A stretch of 61,683 nt of DNA from a virus (taxonomy: Duplodnaviria; Caudoviricetes). A program made the translations under genes and the position numbers. This document shows, piece after piece, positions 49,688 to 59,561 of the stretch. The stretch spans positions 1-61,683 of IMG/VR virus record IMGVR_UViG_3300044878_000127, one strand, 5' to 3'. How positions within the stretch are numbered: the stretch's first letter is position 1; the number at the start of each line of letters is the position of its first letter. Under the pieces are notes generated by a model, which made no database searches, was not told where the DNA came from, and worked only from the letters and a program-made list of their open reading frames with translations.

Positions 49688-50100
49688 ACATCTATATCGA
49701 CTGCGAGTTCAACGAGTTCCGCGGCGAGCTGATCAGCATGGCACTGGTAGCTCAGGACGGCCGAGAGTTTTATGAGGCGCTGCCTTGCGAGAACCCGCGC
49801 GAATGGGTCGCACAGCATGTGATGCCGATCATCAACCGCCACCCAATCCCCGAGAACTGGTTTAAGCATCGCCTTGGTCAGTACCTGGTGCAATTCGAGC
49901 GCGTGCACATCATTGCTGACCGGCCTGAGGACATTGCCCACTTCTGCCAAGCGCTGATCACTGGGCCGGGCATGCGCCTGAACACGCCGCCGCTGACGAT
50001 GGAGATTCGCCGCGACCTTGATGCCGTGTCGAAGCTGCCACACAACGCGCTGGAAGATGCCAGAGCCATTCGCCTGCTCGCCATCGAGAAGGGTTTGTAA
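49684..50100 (+). CDS. DEDDh 3'-5' exonuclease
   Basis: IYIDCEF...LISMALV...HNALEDARAI. Confidence 0.85.
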   Translation: MNIYIDCEFNEFRGELISMALVAQDGREFYEALPCENPREWVAQHVMPIINRHPIPENWFKHRLGQYLVQFERVHIIADRPEDIAHFCQALITGPGMRLNTPPLTMEIRRDLDAVSKLPHNALEDARAIRLLAIEKGL

Positions 50101-51677
50101 TGGCGGGCGCCGTTGCCTACAAGCCCATCGAGGCGATGACACAGGCCGAGTTCACGGAAGCGCTCGCGGACCCGCTGTGGCGCATGTCGAACCTGTATTA
50201 CATCAAGACCAAGGACTCGGTTGATGATGACGATGACGATGATGCGCAAGGCGTGGTGGTCAAGTTCAAGCCGAACCGGGCACAGAAAGTCCTGATGAAG
50301 CGGTTGTGGTATCGCAACCTGATTCTCAAGGCGCGGCAGCTGGGGTTCACTACCTGGATTCAAATCTACTTTCTCGACGTGGCGCTATTCACACCCAACA
50401 TGAACCTCGGGGTGCTGGCTCACACCGAAGAGGCGGCGAAGAAGATTTTCAAGAAGATCAAGTTCGCCTATGACCGCCTGCCGCCCGCAGTCAGGGAGGC
50501 GATGCCGCTCAAGTCATGCAGCGTGCTGGAAATGACGTTGATGAATGGCACCACCATTCAGGTCGGTACGTCGATGCGGGGCGACACCATCCACTACCTG
50601 CACGTTTCCGAGTACGGGAAGATTTGCGCCAAGCGCCCGGACCGCGCCGAGGAAATCGTGACCGGTACGTTTCCTGCTGTGCCTGATAGCGGGATCATCT
50701 TCATCGAGTCGACCGCTGAAGGCCGTGGCGGCGACTTCTTCGACAAGTCGAACCGTGCCGAGGCCCTGCATGACGCGGGCGTGAAGCTGCGCCCCAAGCA
50801 ATTCCGCTTCCACTTCTTCCCGTGGCACGACGAAGACGGTTACCGCTGCGACCCGGCTGGCGTGATCATCAGCCAGAAAGAGCACAGCTACTTCGACGAG
50901 CTGGAAGGCAAGTTGAAGAAGGTGATCGACATCGAGCAGCGCGCCTGGTGGATCACCACCCGCGACGAGCTGTTCGGCGGCCAAGACGAACGCATGTGGC
51001 AAGAGTACCCATCGACGTCGAAAGAAGCGTTCCAGCAGTCGACCGAGGGCACGTATTACAAGATGCAGCTCATTGCTGCGCGCAAGCAGAAGCGCATCAC
51101 CACCGTGCCGTATCACCCCGGCATTCCAGTCAATACCTTTTGGGACATCGGCAGCAGCGACGGCGCGGCCATCTGGCTGCATCAGCGCGTGGGCCAGCGC
51201 GATAACTTCATTGGCTTCATCGAGAACTGGACCGAGCCCTATTCGTGGTACGTCGCCGAGATGCAGAAGACCGGCTACGTGTGGGGCACGCACTACCTGC
51301 CGCACGACGGCAACCACATCCGCCAGGGTGAGGACGTCAACAAGTCGCCAAAGGAAATGCTCGAAGCGCTCGGCCTGCGCCGCGTCGAAATTGTCCAGCG
51401 CGTCAGTGAGTTGCAGCACGGTATTCAAGCCACACGCAACGCTTTTAGCACCTACTGGTTCGATGAGGTAAACTGTAAGGAAGGCCTGGCGCACATCGAG
51501 CTGTACAAGAAGGCCTGGAACACCAAAACACAGACTTGGAGTGACCGCCCGCTGAAGGATGGCCACACCGAAGCCGCCGACGCCTTGCGCCAGCACGCGC
51601 AGGGCTTTATCGACCACGGCCCGCAGAAGAGCGTCGCAAGCGTTCGCGGTAGCCGTAAATCGTGGAGAGTATCGTGA
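50100..51677 (+). CDS. terL: Terminase large subunit
   Basis: ILKARQLGFTT, LHVSEYG, IESTAEG, FWDIG nuclease motif. Confidence 0.93.
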   Translation: MAGAVAYKPIEAMTQAEFTEALADPLWRMSNLYYIKTKDSVDDDDDDDAQGVVVKFKPNRAQKVLMKRLWYRNLILKARQLGFTTWIQIYFLDVALFTPNMNLGVLAHTEEAAKKIFKKIKFAYDRLPPAVREAMPLKSCSVLEMTLMNGTTIQVGTSMRGDTIHYLHVSEYGKICAKRPDRAEEIVTGTFPAVPDSGIIFIESTAEGRGGDFFDKSNRAEALHDAGVKLRPKQFRFHFFPWHDEDGYRCDPAGVIISQKEHSYFDELEGKLKKVIDIEQRAWWITTRDELFGGQDERMWQEYPSTSKEAFQQSTEGTYYKMQLIAARKQKRITTVPYHPGIPVNTFWDIGSSDGAAIWLHQRVGQRDNFIGFIENWTEPYSWYVAEMQKTGYVWGTHYLPHDGNHIRQGEDVNKSPKEMLEALGLRRVEIVQRVSELQHGIQATRNAFSTYWFDEVNCKEGLAHIELYKKAWNTKTQTWSDRPLKDGHTEAADALRQHAQGFIDHGPQKSVASVRGSRKSWRVS

Positions 51678-52114
51678 TGCAGAGCTACGTCGGGACAAAG
51701 CTGGTCAAGGGCCAGCCGATGAATCGCCAGGAGTACAACGACTATCGCGGCTGGACGCTGCCAGCAGACGAGAACGGCGCCGATGCGGGCTATCTGGTCG
51801 AATACCTGGATGGCGGACAGCCCAATCACCCGGCGCATACGGGCTATATCAGCTGGAGCCCGGCCGAGCAGTTCGTGAATGCCAACGTTGCATTGGGTGA
51901 CATCGATCACTTGGCGCCGCATCAACAACGCCTCGTTGCCGAGCTGGAGCAGACCGCCGACCGCCTGACCAAGCTGGAAGCGTTCTTTCGTACGCCGTTG
52001 TTTGACTCGCTGGACGACGACGAGAAGCAACTGATGAAGATGCAGGCCGACGCCATGACGTTGCTGGTCGGCATCCTCAATGATCGCGCGCGTAAGTTCG
52101 GTGGTGCTAAATGA
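51677..52114 (+). CDS. Two-domain protein (YxGTK...SWSP domain plus crAss001_48-like helical domain)
   Basis: YVGTKLVKGQPM...GYLVEYLDG...YISWSP; QQRLVAELEQ...KLEAF...Q..AM...IL..R. Confidence 0.7.
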   Translation: MQSYVGTKLVKGQPMNRQEYNDYRGWTLPADENGADAGYLVEYLDGGQPNHPAHTGYISWSPAEQFVNANVALGDIDHLAPHQQRLVAELEQTADRLTKLEAFFRTPLFDSLDDDEKQLMKMQADAMTLLVGILNDRARKFGGAK

Positions 52115-52458
52115 CAACCAACAGTTACGAAAACCTGACATTCAGCGACGCCCTGGCCGCCATCAAGGCCGGCAAGCGCGTCCAACGCAGCGGCTGGAAC
52201 GGTAAAGGCCTGTTCGCCTTCCTCAAGCCCGGCCTCTTTCATGGTCCTTACTTGGGCTTCAAGCCTGACGATAAGATCGCGCCCAACCACCCGAGCACCA
52301 TCGAAGGCGTGAGCGTGTCGCTGTTCGAGCATGACGCGCCAGAGGATACCGCGATGCGTTTGCCGCATGTGTGCCTGTCCTACCCGACCGGCACCTTTGT
52401 GGCCTGGGCGCCGAGTCAGACCGACATGCTCGCTAGCGACTGGACGGTGGAGCAATGA
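52111..52458 (+). CDS. DUF2829 / Tad2-family protein (nucleotide-signal sponge candidate)
   Basis: FSDALAAIKAGKRVQRSGWNGKG...WAPSQTDMLASDW. Confidence 0.85.
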   Translation: MTTNSYENLTFSDALAAIKAGKRVQRSGWNGKGLFAFLKPGLFHGPYLGFKPDDKIAPNHPSTIEGVSVSLFEHDAPEDTAMRLPHVCLSYPTGTFVAWAPSQTDMLASDWTVEQ

Positions 52459-52892
52459 ATGCGCCGGTCCTCGACCTGACCAATCGCGCCTTCACGCATG
52501 TGCTCGGCGAAATCACGCTGATCGGCACCTGGTACGGCGCCGATATCAACGAGTGCGAGCCGGTGCTGTGCCTGGTGCCGACGTTCCGCATCAACATGTT
52601 CGACGGCGTGTCGATCCGCTCCAAACCGTGCTGCGTCGCGCTTTCTGCTGCATACCTGTACGACGATCCGCGTTACTTGCTCACACGCGCGCGTGAATTC
52701 AGCGAACTGATGGGGTTCGGTGACGATATGCAGCGCACCCACCGCATCGCCGAGGCGATTCACGGACGACTGCAAGACCTGATCCAGATGCCGCCACGCC
52801 CGGTGATTGGCTCGTTCGTGGGCGCTGACGCCATCCTGACCGACCAAGACTCAGGCCGTCAGACAACCCACGAACTGCATCACCACTACTGA
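52455..52892 (+). CDS. Hypothetical protein upstream of portal
   Basis: Coupled ORF with good codon bias. Confidence 0.75.
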   Translation: MNAPVLDLTNRAFTHVLGEITLIGTWYGADINECEPVLCLVPTFRINMFDGVSIRSKPCCVALSAAYLYDDPRYLLTRAREFSELMGFGDDMQRTHRIAEAIHGRLQDLIQMPPRPVIGSFVGADAILTDQDSGRQTTHELHHHY

Positions 52893-52910
52893 TCCTCAAG
52901 GAGTACGCCT

Positions 52911-55205
52911 GTGTTTGACTTGGCCAGCGACGACCACACCCGCACAAAGAAAGGCTTGGCTTCGCGCGTTGGCCAGGAATATGAGGGCGAGTACGAGGTA
53001 GTAGAGACGCCAGACGACCCGCTGGACGGTCCCGACAACCACTTGCTGCATGGCAAGTTGCTCGGCTACTACCAGCGCGAGCTGGACCGGCAGAACGATA
53101 ACCGTATCCAGATGGCTATCGACGAGGACTACTACGATAACGACCAGTGGAGCGAGTCGGATGCCGAAGAGCTGCGCGAGCGCGGTCAAGCGCCCATCTG
53201 CTACAACGTGATCACGCAGTCGATCAACTGGGTGATCGGTAGCGAGAAGCGCGGCCGTTCCGACTTCAAGGTGTTGCCGCGCGGCAAGGAAGACGCCAAG
53301 CCGGCGCAGAAGAAGACGCAGCTCATGAAGTACCTGAGCGACGTCAACCGCACGCCGTTCAACCGTTCGCGCTCGTTTGAAGACGCGGTAAAGGTCGGCC
53401 TCGGCTGGATTGAGAGCGGCGTGACCGAGCGCGACAACGGTGAACCGATCTACAACCGCTATGAATCGTGGCGCAACATGCTGTACGACAGCGCCTCGAC
53501 CGAGTTCGACCTGTCCGATGCCCGCTACGTGATCCGCGTCAAGTGGGTTGACCTCGATGTGGCGATTGCCATGTTTCCGCAGCGCGCCGCCCTGCTTGAG
53601 CGGTCGGCCAGCACCAGCGAGCGCTACGGCACGGACCTGGCCAACGGCGACGAAATCATGGACTTCGCCGAGGACGAGATGGATTCACTTGGTCGTGGCA
53701 TGTCTGACTACAGCGTCGAGCGTCGTCGCGTGCGCATGATCGAGGTGTGGTTCCGCAAGCCGGAAAACGTGCAGAAGATCGTCGCGGGCCAGCGCCAGGG
53801 CGAAGTGTTCGACGAGCAAGACCCGAACCATCAGGCCTTGGTCGATGCCGGTCAATCGGTGGTTGCCTCGCGCATGATGATGACCATGAACCTGTGCATC
53901 ATGACCACCAGCGGCATGTGCTACGTGGGCCGCAGCCCGTACAAACACAACAAGTTCCCGTTTATCCCGGTGTGGGGCTATCGTCGCGGCAGGGACAACC
54001 TGCCGTACGGCATGATTCGCGCCATGCGTGACATTCAGGACGACGTGAACAAACGCGCCTCGAAGGCGCTGTTTATCCTGTCGACCAACAAGATCATCAT
54101 GGACGAGGGCGCCGTCGATAACATTGCCGACCTGATGGAAGAGGCCAGCCGGCCAGATGGCGTAATCATCAAGAAGCACGGCAAAGAGTTGACGCTTAAC
54201 GTCGACCGCGAGCTGGCCCCGGCGCACCTACAGATCATGTCGCAGTCGATCAACATGATTCAGTCCGTCTCGGGCGTGACTGATGAACAAATGGGCAAGA
54301 CCACCAACGCCAAGTCGGGCGTGGCGATCCAGGCGCGTCAGGATCAGGGCAGCAAGTCCACTTCCAAACTGTTCGACAACCTGCGTTACGCGTTCCAGTG
54401 CGACGGCGAAATCACCCTGAGCCTGTGTGAACAGTATTTCACCGAACAGAAACAGTTTCGCATCACCAATCAGCGCGGTACTCCCGAGTTCGTCGACGTC
54501 AACGACGGCTTGCCAGAGAACGACATCACCCGCACGCAAGCCGACTTCATTATTTCCGACAGCGAATGGCGCGCGTCCTTGCGTCAGGCGCAGGCGCAGC
54601 AACTGGCCGAGATGATGCCGACCCTGCCGCCTAACGTGCAGCTGGTGCTTCTCGATCTGCTCATTGAAGAGCTGGACCTGCCGAACGGTGAGGAAATGGT
54701 CAAGCGTATTCGCCAGATCACCGGCATGCGCGACCCGGACGCGACCGAGCCAACCCCGGAAGAGGTTGCCGCCGAGCAGGCGCAGGCCGCCGCACAGCAG
54801 CAGCAGCAGGAACTGGCCGCCGCACAACTGCGCAACCTCAACGCCAAGTCGATAAAGGACGAGACGAACGCGCAAAAAACCATGGTCGACACCGTGCTGG
54901 CCAGCGTTCAGGCGCAGCAGACCGCCGTAGAGGCTGCGCAAGTGTCCTTGCTCAACCCGGCCATTCTGCCAGTGGCCGACGCCTTGCTGCATGAGGCGGG
55001 TTACAAGTCGCAGTCGGAAGAGGAAGCCCAGCAAGCGCAAGAGCAGGCGATGCAGCAGCAACAGGCCGCACAGCAGCAAGCGCAGCAGGAGCAGATGCAG
55101 CAACAGCAGATGCAAGAGCAGCAGGCGCAACAGGCCCAGCAAGAGCAGCAAGCCCCGGCGCAGTCCATGCAACAAGGCATCCCGCTGCCAGGCGGCCCGC
55201 AATGA
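52911..55205 (+). CDS. Portal protein (P22-like) with Q-rich tail
   Basis: DYYDNDQW...RGQAP..YN; SGVAIQARQ; position between terL and scaffold. Confidence 0.9.
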   Translation: MFDLASDDHTRTKKGLASRVGQEYEGEYEVVETPDDPLDGPDNHLLHGKLLGYYQRELDRQNDNRIQMAIDEDYYDNDQWSESDAEELRERGQAPICYNVITQSINWVIGSEKRGRSDFKVLPRGKEDAKPAQKKTQLMKYLSDVNRTPFNRSRSFEDAVKVGLGWIESGVTERDNGEPIYNRYESWRNMLYDSASTEFDLSDARYVIRVKWVDLDVAIAMFPQRAALLERSASTSERYGTDLANGDEIMDFAEDEMDSLGRGMSDYSVERRRVRMIEVWFRKPENVQKIVAGQRQGEVFDEQDPNHQALVDAGQSVVASRMMMTMNLCIMTTSGMCYVGRSPYKHNKFPFIPVWGYRRGRDNLPYGMIRAMRDIQDDVNKRASKALFILSTNKIIMDEGAVDNIADLMEEASRPDGVIIKKHGKELTLNVDRELAPAHLQIMSQSINMIQSVSGVTDEQMGKTTNAKSGVAIQARQDQGSKSTSKLFDNLRYAFQCDGEITLSLCEQYFTEQKQFRITNQRGTPEFVDVNDGLPENDITRTQADFIISDSEWRASLRQAQAQQLAEMMPTLPPNVQLVLLDLLIEELDLPNGEEMVKRIRQITGMRDPDATEPTPEEVAAEQAQAAAQQQQQELAAAQLRNLNAKSIKDETNAQKTMVDTVLASVQAQQTAVEAAQVSLLNPAILPVADALLHEAGYKSQSEEEAQQAQEQAMQQQQAAQQQAQQEQMQQQQMQEQQAQQAQQEQQAPAQSMQQGIPLPGGPQ

Positions 55206-55244
55206 ATCCCGTAGCAACCCAACTCACAGACCGAGGTTTTAACA

Positions 55245-56240
55245 ATGTCGACTGAAGCAACTGCAAACGCTGGCCTGACCGAAGAAGAGACGGCCGCGCT
55301 CGCCGAAATGAACGAGCAAATCAACGGCGCAAGCGACGATGACCCGGTGTTCAACATCGATGAAGTCATGCGTAAGGGCCACACGCCAGAAGATGCCGGC
55401 TTGGTGGCTGACAAGGTGGCGCAGGAAGCTGACGCCGCGAAGGCTGCCAAGGAAGATGAAGACGCTGCCGCACTGGCTGCCGCTGCCGCCAAGCAACCTG
55501 TCGAGCCGACGCCTGAAGAGAAGGCCGCCGCTGAAGCCAAAGCCGTTGCTGATGCCGCCGCTGCCGCGGTGGAAGAGCCGGCGCCGGCCGAAGTGAAGGC
55601 CAGCCAGCCAGTGCTGATCGCACAAGTGCCAGAAGGCACCGTCGAGCGCCTGACCGCCATCGAGGAAGAGCGCAAGGCCATCGCTGCTAAGTACGACGAC
55701 GGCGATCTGACCGACTCTGAGCGCACCGCCGCGCTGGACACCTTGCGCAAGGAAGAGCGCACGCTTGAACGGGTGATCGACCGCGCCGAACTGGCCACCG
55801 ACCTGGAGGACCAGCGCATCACCAACGAGCGGACGACTGAAATCAACACGTTCCTCAGTGATGTGAAGATTCCCAACGATCCGAAGAACCTTCGTTTCCA
55901 GACGCTGAATCAGGCGGTCATCCAAGTGGCTAGCGATCCAGCCAACGCCACGTTGGGCGCTACAGCGATCATGCAGAAGGCGCATGACCTCTGTGTGGCT
56001 GAAGGCGTGTTGCCGCCGAAGGTAGCCAAGACCGATCCGGCACCAGCCAAAGACCCGGTCAAGGCGCCTAAACCGATCAATGCCCCGCCAACCTTGGCCG
56101 GCGTGCCTGCCGCTGACGTCTCGACCACCGAAGAAAACCGCTTTGCTCACCTCAACCGGATGAACCCGGACCAGCGAGAGGCCGCGTTTGGCAAGATGAG
56201 CGAAGCCGACCAGAACGCATACCTGGCCGCAGGAGCCTAA
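55245..56240 (+). CDS. Scaffolding protein
   Basis: Acidic/Ala-rich, PPTLAGVPAA motif, between portal and capsid. Confidence 0.7.
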   Translation: MSTEATANAGLTEEETAALAEMNEQINGASDDDPVFNIDEVMRKGHTPEDAGLVADKVAQEADAAKAAKEDEDAAALAAAAAKQPVEPTPEEKAAAEAKAVADAAAAAVEEPAPAEVKASQPVLIAQVPEGTVERLTAIEEERKAIAAKYDDGDLTDSERTAALDTLRKEERTLERVIDRAELATDLEDQRITNERTTEINTFLSDVKIPNDPKNLRFQTLNQAVIQVASDPANATLGATAIMQKAHDLCVAEGVLPPKVAKTDPAPAKDPVKAPKPINAPPTLAGVPAADVSTTEENRFAHLNRMNPDQREAAFGKMSEADQNAYLAAGA

Positions 56241-56245
56241 CCCTT

Positions 56246-56443
56246 ATGCTGCGACTCGACCTCAAACCCGGCGAGAGCGTGAAGATCGGCGAAGGCCCGA
56301 ACGCCGTCGTGATCACCCTCGAAGACAAATCAGGCCGTAATGCGCGCGTCGCGTTCGAGGCCGACCGCAGCGTTAAGATTGCCCGCGTCAAAGAAGACAG
56401 CACCCCGGCGCAGTTCCTGCGTCAGGGCTTGCTGGCCAGTTAA
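56246..56443 (+). CDS. CsrA/RsmA-like protein
   Basis: MLRLDLKPGESVKIG...VVITLEDKSGRNARVAFEADRSVKIAR aligns with the CsrA beta-strand pattern. Confidence 0.65.
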   Translation: MLRLDLKPGESVKIGEGPNAVVITLEDKSGRNARVAFEADRSVKIARVKEDSTPAQFLRQGLLAS

Positions 56444-56457
56444 CACGGGCGTGGCGG

Positions 56458-56492
56458 TTGCAAAAACCAGCCGCCCGTTCGATAATCAAACC
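56458..56492 (+). promoter_or_regulatory. Promoter upstream of the major capsid gene
   Basis: TTGCAA-17-GATAAT; shares GTTCGATAATCAAACC with the terS promoter. Confidence 0.7.
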
Positions 56493-56552
56493 AACGTAGA
56501 GCGCAGGAGCTGCCTATGTGACTGATTCACTCAATCACTAGAGGGTAGCCAA

Positions 56553-57650
56553 ATGGGCTCTACTGTCATCGCTTGGGGCGATCCCAAGGCGCAAAAAGCG
56601 TGGTCGACCGGCCTGGCCGTCGATCAAATCAAAAAAGCCTACTTCGAGAAGAAGTTCGTCGGCACTGACGAAAACTCGATCATCCAGCGCAAAACCGAAC
56701 TCGAAAGTGATCCGGGCGACCGCGTGTCCTTCGACCTGTCGGTTCAACTGCGCGGTGAAGCGACCGAGGGCGACGCCCGCCTGGAAGGCAAGGAAGAAAG
56801 CCAGAAGTATTACACCGATGAAGTGGCCATTGACCAAGTGCGTCACGCGGTATCGGCTGGCGGTGCGATGACTCGCAAGCGTACCAACCTGAACCTGCGC
56901 GGCAACGCCAAGCGTCTGCTGTCTGACTACTGGTCGCGCTTCTACGATGAACTGATGTTCATCTACCTGTCCGGCGCACGCGGTATCAACAAGGATTTCC
57001 TGTTCCCGCTCGACTATTCCGGTCGTGCGAGCAACGCCATTCAGCCACCGGATGCTGGTCACCTGCTGTACGGCGGTGCTGCCACGTCCAAAGCGTCGAT
57101 GGTTGCTGGCGACAAGATGACCACCCTTCTGATCGAGAAGGCGCAAGTCAAGTCGACCATGCTTCAGGCGCAAGACCCGGAAGCGGCCAACATGGTGCCG
57201 GTCAACATCGACGGTGAAGAGCATTACGTCTGTGTGATGAACCCATTCCAGGCGCATGACCTGCGTACTGCTGCTGGTTCCGTCTGGATCGACATCCAGA
57301 AAGCCGCTGCCGCTGCCGAAGGCCGTAACAACCCGATCTTCAAGGGTGGCCTGGGCATGGTGAAGAACGTGGTCCTGCACGAACACCGCAACGGTATCCG
57401 CTTCAGCGACTACGGCGCAGGCGCCAACGTTGCAGCCGGTCGCGCGCTGTTCATGGGTCGCCAAGCCGGTGTTGTGGCTTACGGCACTCAGGGCGGTCTG
57501 CGCTGGAGCTGGAAAGAAGAAATGAAGGACTACGACAACGAACCAACGGTAGCGGCTGGCGCGATCTTCGGCATCAAGAAGGCTCGCTTCAACTCCCGTG
57601 ACTTCGGCGTGTTGTCCCTCGATACCGCTTGCGTTGACCCTAACGCCTAA
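56553..57650 (+). CDS. Major capsid protein (N4-gp56 family)
   Basis: IQRKTELESDPGDRVSFDL...LEGKEE...NPIFKGGLG. Confidence 0.9.
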   Translation: MGSTVIAWGDPKAQKAWSTGLAVDQIKKAYFEKKFVGTDENSIIQRKTELESDPGDRVSFDLSVQLRGEATEGDARLEGKEESQKYYTDEVAIDQVRHAVSAGGAMTRKRTNLNLRGNAKRLLSDYWSRFYDELMFIYLSGARGINKDFLFPLDYSGRASNAIQPPDAGHLLYGGAATSKASMVAGDKMTTLLIEKAQVKSTMLQAQDPEAANMVPVNIDGEEHYVCVMNPFQAHDLRTAAGSVWIDIQKAAAAAEGRNNPIFKGGLGMVKNVVLHEHRNGIRFSDYGAGANVAAGRALFMGRQAGVVAYGTQGGLRWSWKEEMKDYDNEPTVAAGAIFGIKKARFNSRDFGVLSLDTACVDPNA

Positions 57651-57665
57651 TCCGAGGACGTAACC

Positions 57666-58106
57666 ATGTCTATTGTTCAATCTTCGTGGGGCGCGCTGAA
57701 GCGTCAAGCCCCGGTTTCGGGTGAGGCGGGCGGCGTTGTTGCTGAGCGCTACACCTTTACCGTTCCGGTCGGTCTGACCCTGGCCGCCAACGACATCATC
57801 GAGCTGGCGATTCTGCCGGCGTATCACACCGTGCTGGATGCCACGTTGGTGATCGATGAAGCGGGCACCGCCACCTTTGATGCCGGCATCATGTCGAGCA
57901 TTCCGGGTGACACCGATCAGGCCCGCACCTGTGGTAACGAGTTGTTTGCTGGCGCAGCGGATGCGCAGGCCACTCGCATGTCGAAGAGCGCCGGTTTCCG
58001 CATTGCCCCGATTGCGGGTGATCGCTCTATCGGTATCAAGGTGCTCGGCGCTTCGGTGGTAGGCGCAGGTCAGATTTTTGACCTGATCCTGTACACCAAG
58101 CAGTAA
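57666..58106 (+). CDS. Capsid decoration/cement protein
   Basis: Beta-rich, LAANDIIELAILPA motif, right after the capsid gene and before a terminator. Confidence 0.65.
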   Translation: MSIVQSSWGALKRQAPVSGEAGGVVAERYTFTVPVGLTLAANDIIELAILPAYHTVLDATLVIDEAGTATFDAGIMSSIPGDTDQARTCGNELFAGAADAQATRMSKSAGFRIAPIAGDRSIGIKVLGASVVGAGQIFDLILYTKQ

Positions 58107-58125
58107 CAGGGACGTTACGCACCCG

Positions 58126-58154
58126 AAAGGGCCGGTCTAGGCTGGCCCTTTTTT
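58126..58154 (+). terminator. Rho-independent terminator
   Basis: AAAGGGCCGGT-CTAG-GCTGGCCCTTTTTT. Confidence 0.8.
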
Positions 58155-58179
58155 GTACCCACCACACAAGAGCATCCCC

Positions 58180-58908
58180 ATGAAAATCGAGTGCATCCTT
58201 CGTCGTGACCCGCCCGCTGTTGTTACCCTTGGCGCTACTGCCTACCAATTCAAACCTGATGAACTGGGCCGCCACGTCTGCGAAGTTGAAGACAACGCGC
58301 ACCTGGCCCGCCTGCTGAGCATCAGTGAAGCCTATCGTCTGCCGGACAATGAGCCTGTTCCGCTGGAACTGATTCCCGTCATCGTCGAGCAAACTTTGCC
58401 TACGGCCGCCGCCACCTTGGCGCCTATCGATGAAAACGTGGTCAAGGGCAGCACCGTGCACCCGGCCACCTTCGACTTGGGCGGTGACGCCTCGGTTGAC
58501 CTCGAAGACGTGGTAGCGCATGCGCTGGAACTGTCCGGCCTGACCACCATGGAATGGAACGGCCTGCCGGACGATGACCGTCACAACCTGATCGACATCG
58601 CCCTGGACGAACTCGACAAGCGCGAGCCGGCCGACGTGACCGAGCAGAAACTGCCGCCTGTGATCGAACCTGTAAAGCCGACTACCGAGACAGCGCCGGT
58701 TTCGGACGCTGGGAACTCGAACGGCGCCGGGCTGAACGAAAACCCGGTCGATATGGTAGATGACAAGGCCAAGTACGAGGCCGAGCGTGAAGCCGCAGCC
58801 GTGGCCTACAAAGAAAAGTTCGGCGCACGCCCACACTACAAGTGGACGATTGAAAAAATCGCTGAAGAAATGGCCAAGCCTGCCCCTGCTAAAGAAGGCG
58901 ACGAGTAA
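58180..58908 (+). CDS. Hypothetical virion-module protein
   Basis: MKIECILRR...; acidic; YKEKFGARPH tail. Confidence 0.7.
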   Translation: MKIECILRRDPPAVVTLGATAYQFKPDELGRHVCEVEDNAHLARLLSISEAYRLPDNEPVPLELIPVIVEQTLPTAAATLAPIDENVVKGSTVHPATFDLGGDASVDLEDVVAHALELSGLTTMEWNGLPDDDRHNLIDIALDELDKREPADVTEQKLPPVIEPVKPTTETAPVSDAGNSNGAGLNENPVDMVDDKAKYEAEREAAAVAYKEKFGARPHYKWTIEKIAEEMAKPAPAKEGDE

Positions 58909-59561
58909 TGGCCGGCATCAGCGCAGCCATCCTGATCGAGCGCGCGGGCTTCCTCCTACAGGATGAAGAGTACGTACGCTGGACCGTCCCCGAGTTGATC
59001 AGCTGGATCAATGAGGCGGCGGGCGCGCTGGTGTCGATTCGCCCGAGTGCCGGCGCCAAGCTGGTCGTTCTGCCGCTGGTGGCCGGCACTCAACAAACCC
59101 TCGACGACAACGTGGTGCAACTGCTGGACGTAGTGCGCAACGTTGGCGCCGACGGCGTGACACCGGGCCGCTCGATCCGCCTGGCTGAACGCCACCTATT
59201 CGACAGTACCGATCCTGACTGGCATACCCGTTCGGGCAAAGCGGTGATCAAGCACTACATCTACGACGACCGCACGCCCAACGTGTTCTACGTCTACCCG
59301 CCTGCGCTGGCCGGCACCAAGATTCAGGCCAGCCTGACTGTCATCCCGCCGCAGTTGACGGCCGACACCGACACGCTGGACCTGGACACGCAGTTTGAAA
59401 GCGCGCTGGTGAATTACGTGGTGTTCCGGGCCATGGCCAAAGACAGCGAGTACGCCAACGGCGCCATTGCCACCGGTTACTACCAAGCCTTTCAGGCGGC
59501 GCTGGGCGGCAAGGACGCGGGCGAGCAATCGGTTTCCCCTAACACCAAGGTGCCAGCATGA
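58908..59561 (+). CDS. Head-tail adaptor protein (DUF6682-like)
   Basis: LLQDEEYVRWTVPELISWINEA...LVAGTQQ...ALVNYVVFRAMAKD. Confidence 0.8.
   Translation: MAGISAAILIERAGFLLQDEEYVRWTVPELISWINEAAGALVSIRPSAGAKLVVLPLVAGTQQTLDDNVVQLLDVVRNVGADGVTPGRSIRLAERHLFDSTDPDWHTRSGKAVIKHYIYDDRTPNVFYVYPPALAGTKIQASLTVIPPQLTADTDTLDLDTQFESALVNYVVFRAMAKDSEYANGAIATGYYQAFQAALGGKDAGEQSVSPNTKVPA

Noticed and set aside
50223-50243. Poly-Asp run in terL
   Set aside because: Short in-frame loop expansion with no further signal.
54770-55200. CAG-rich repeats in the portal tail (also in ssb at ~29100-29220)
   Set aside because: Ordinary Q/A-rich low-complexity coding sequence.
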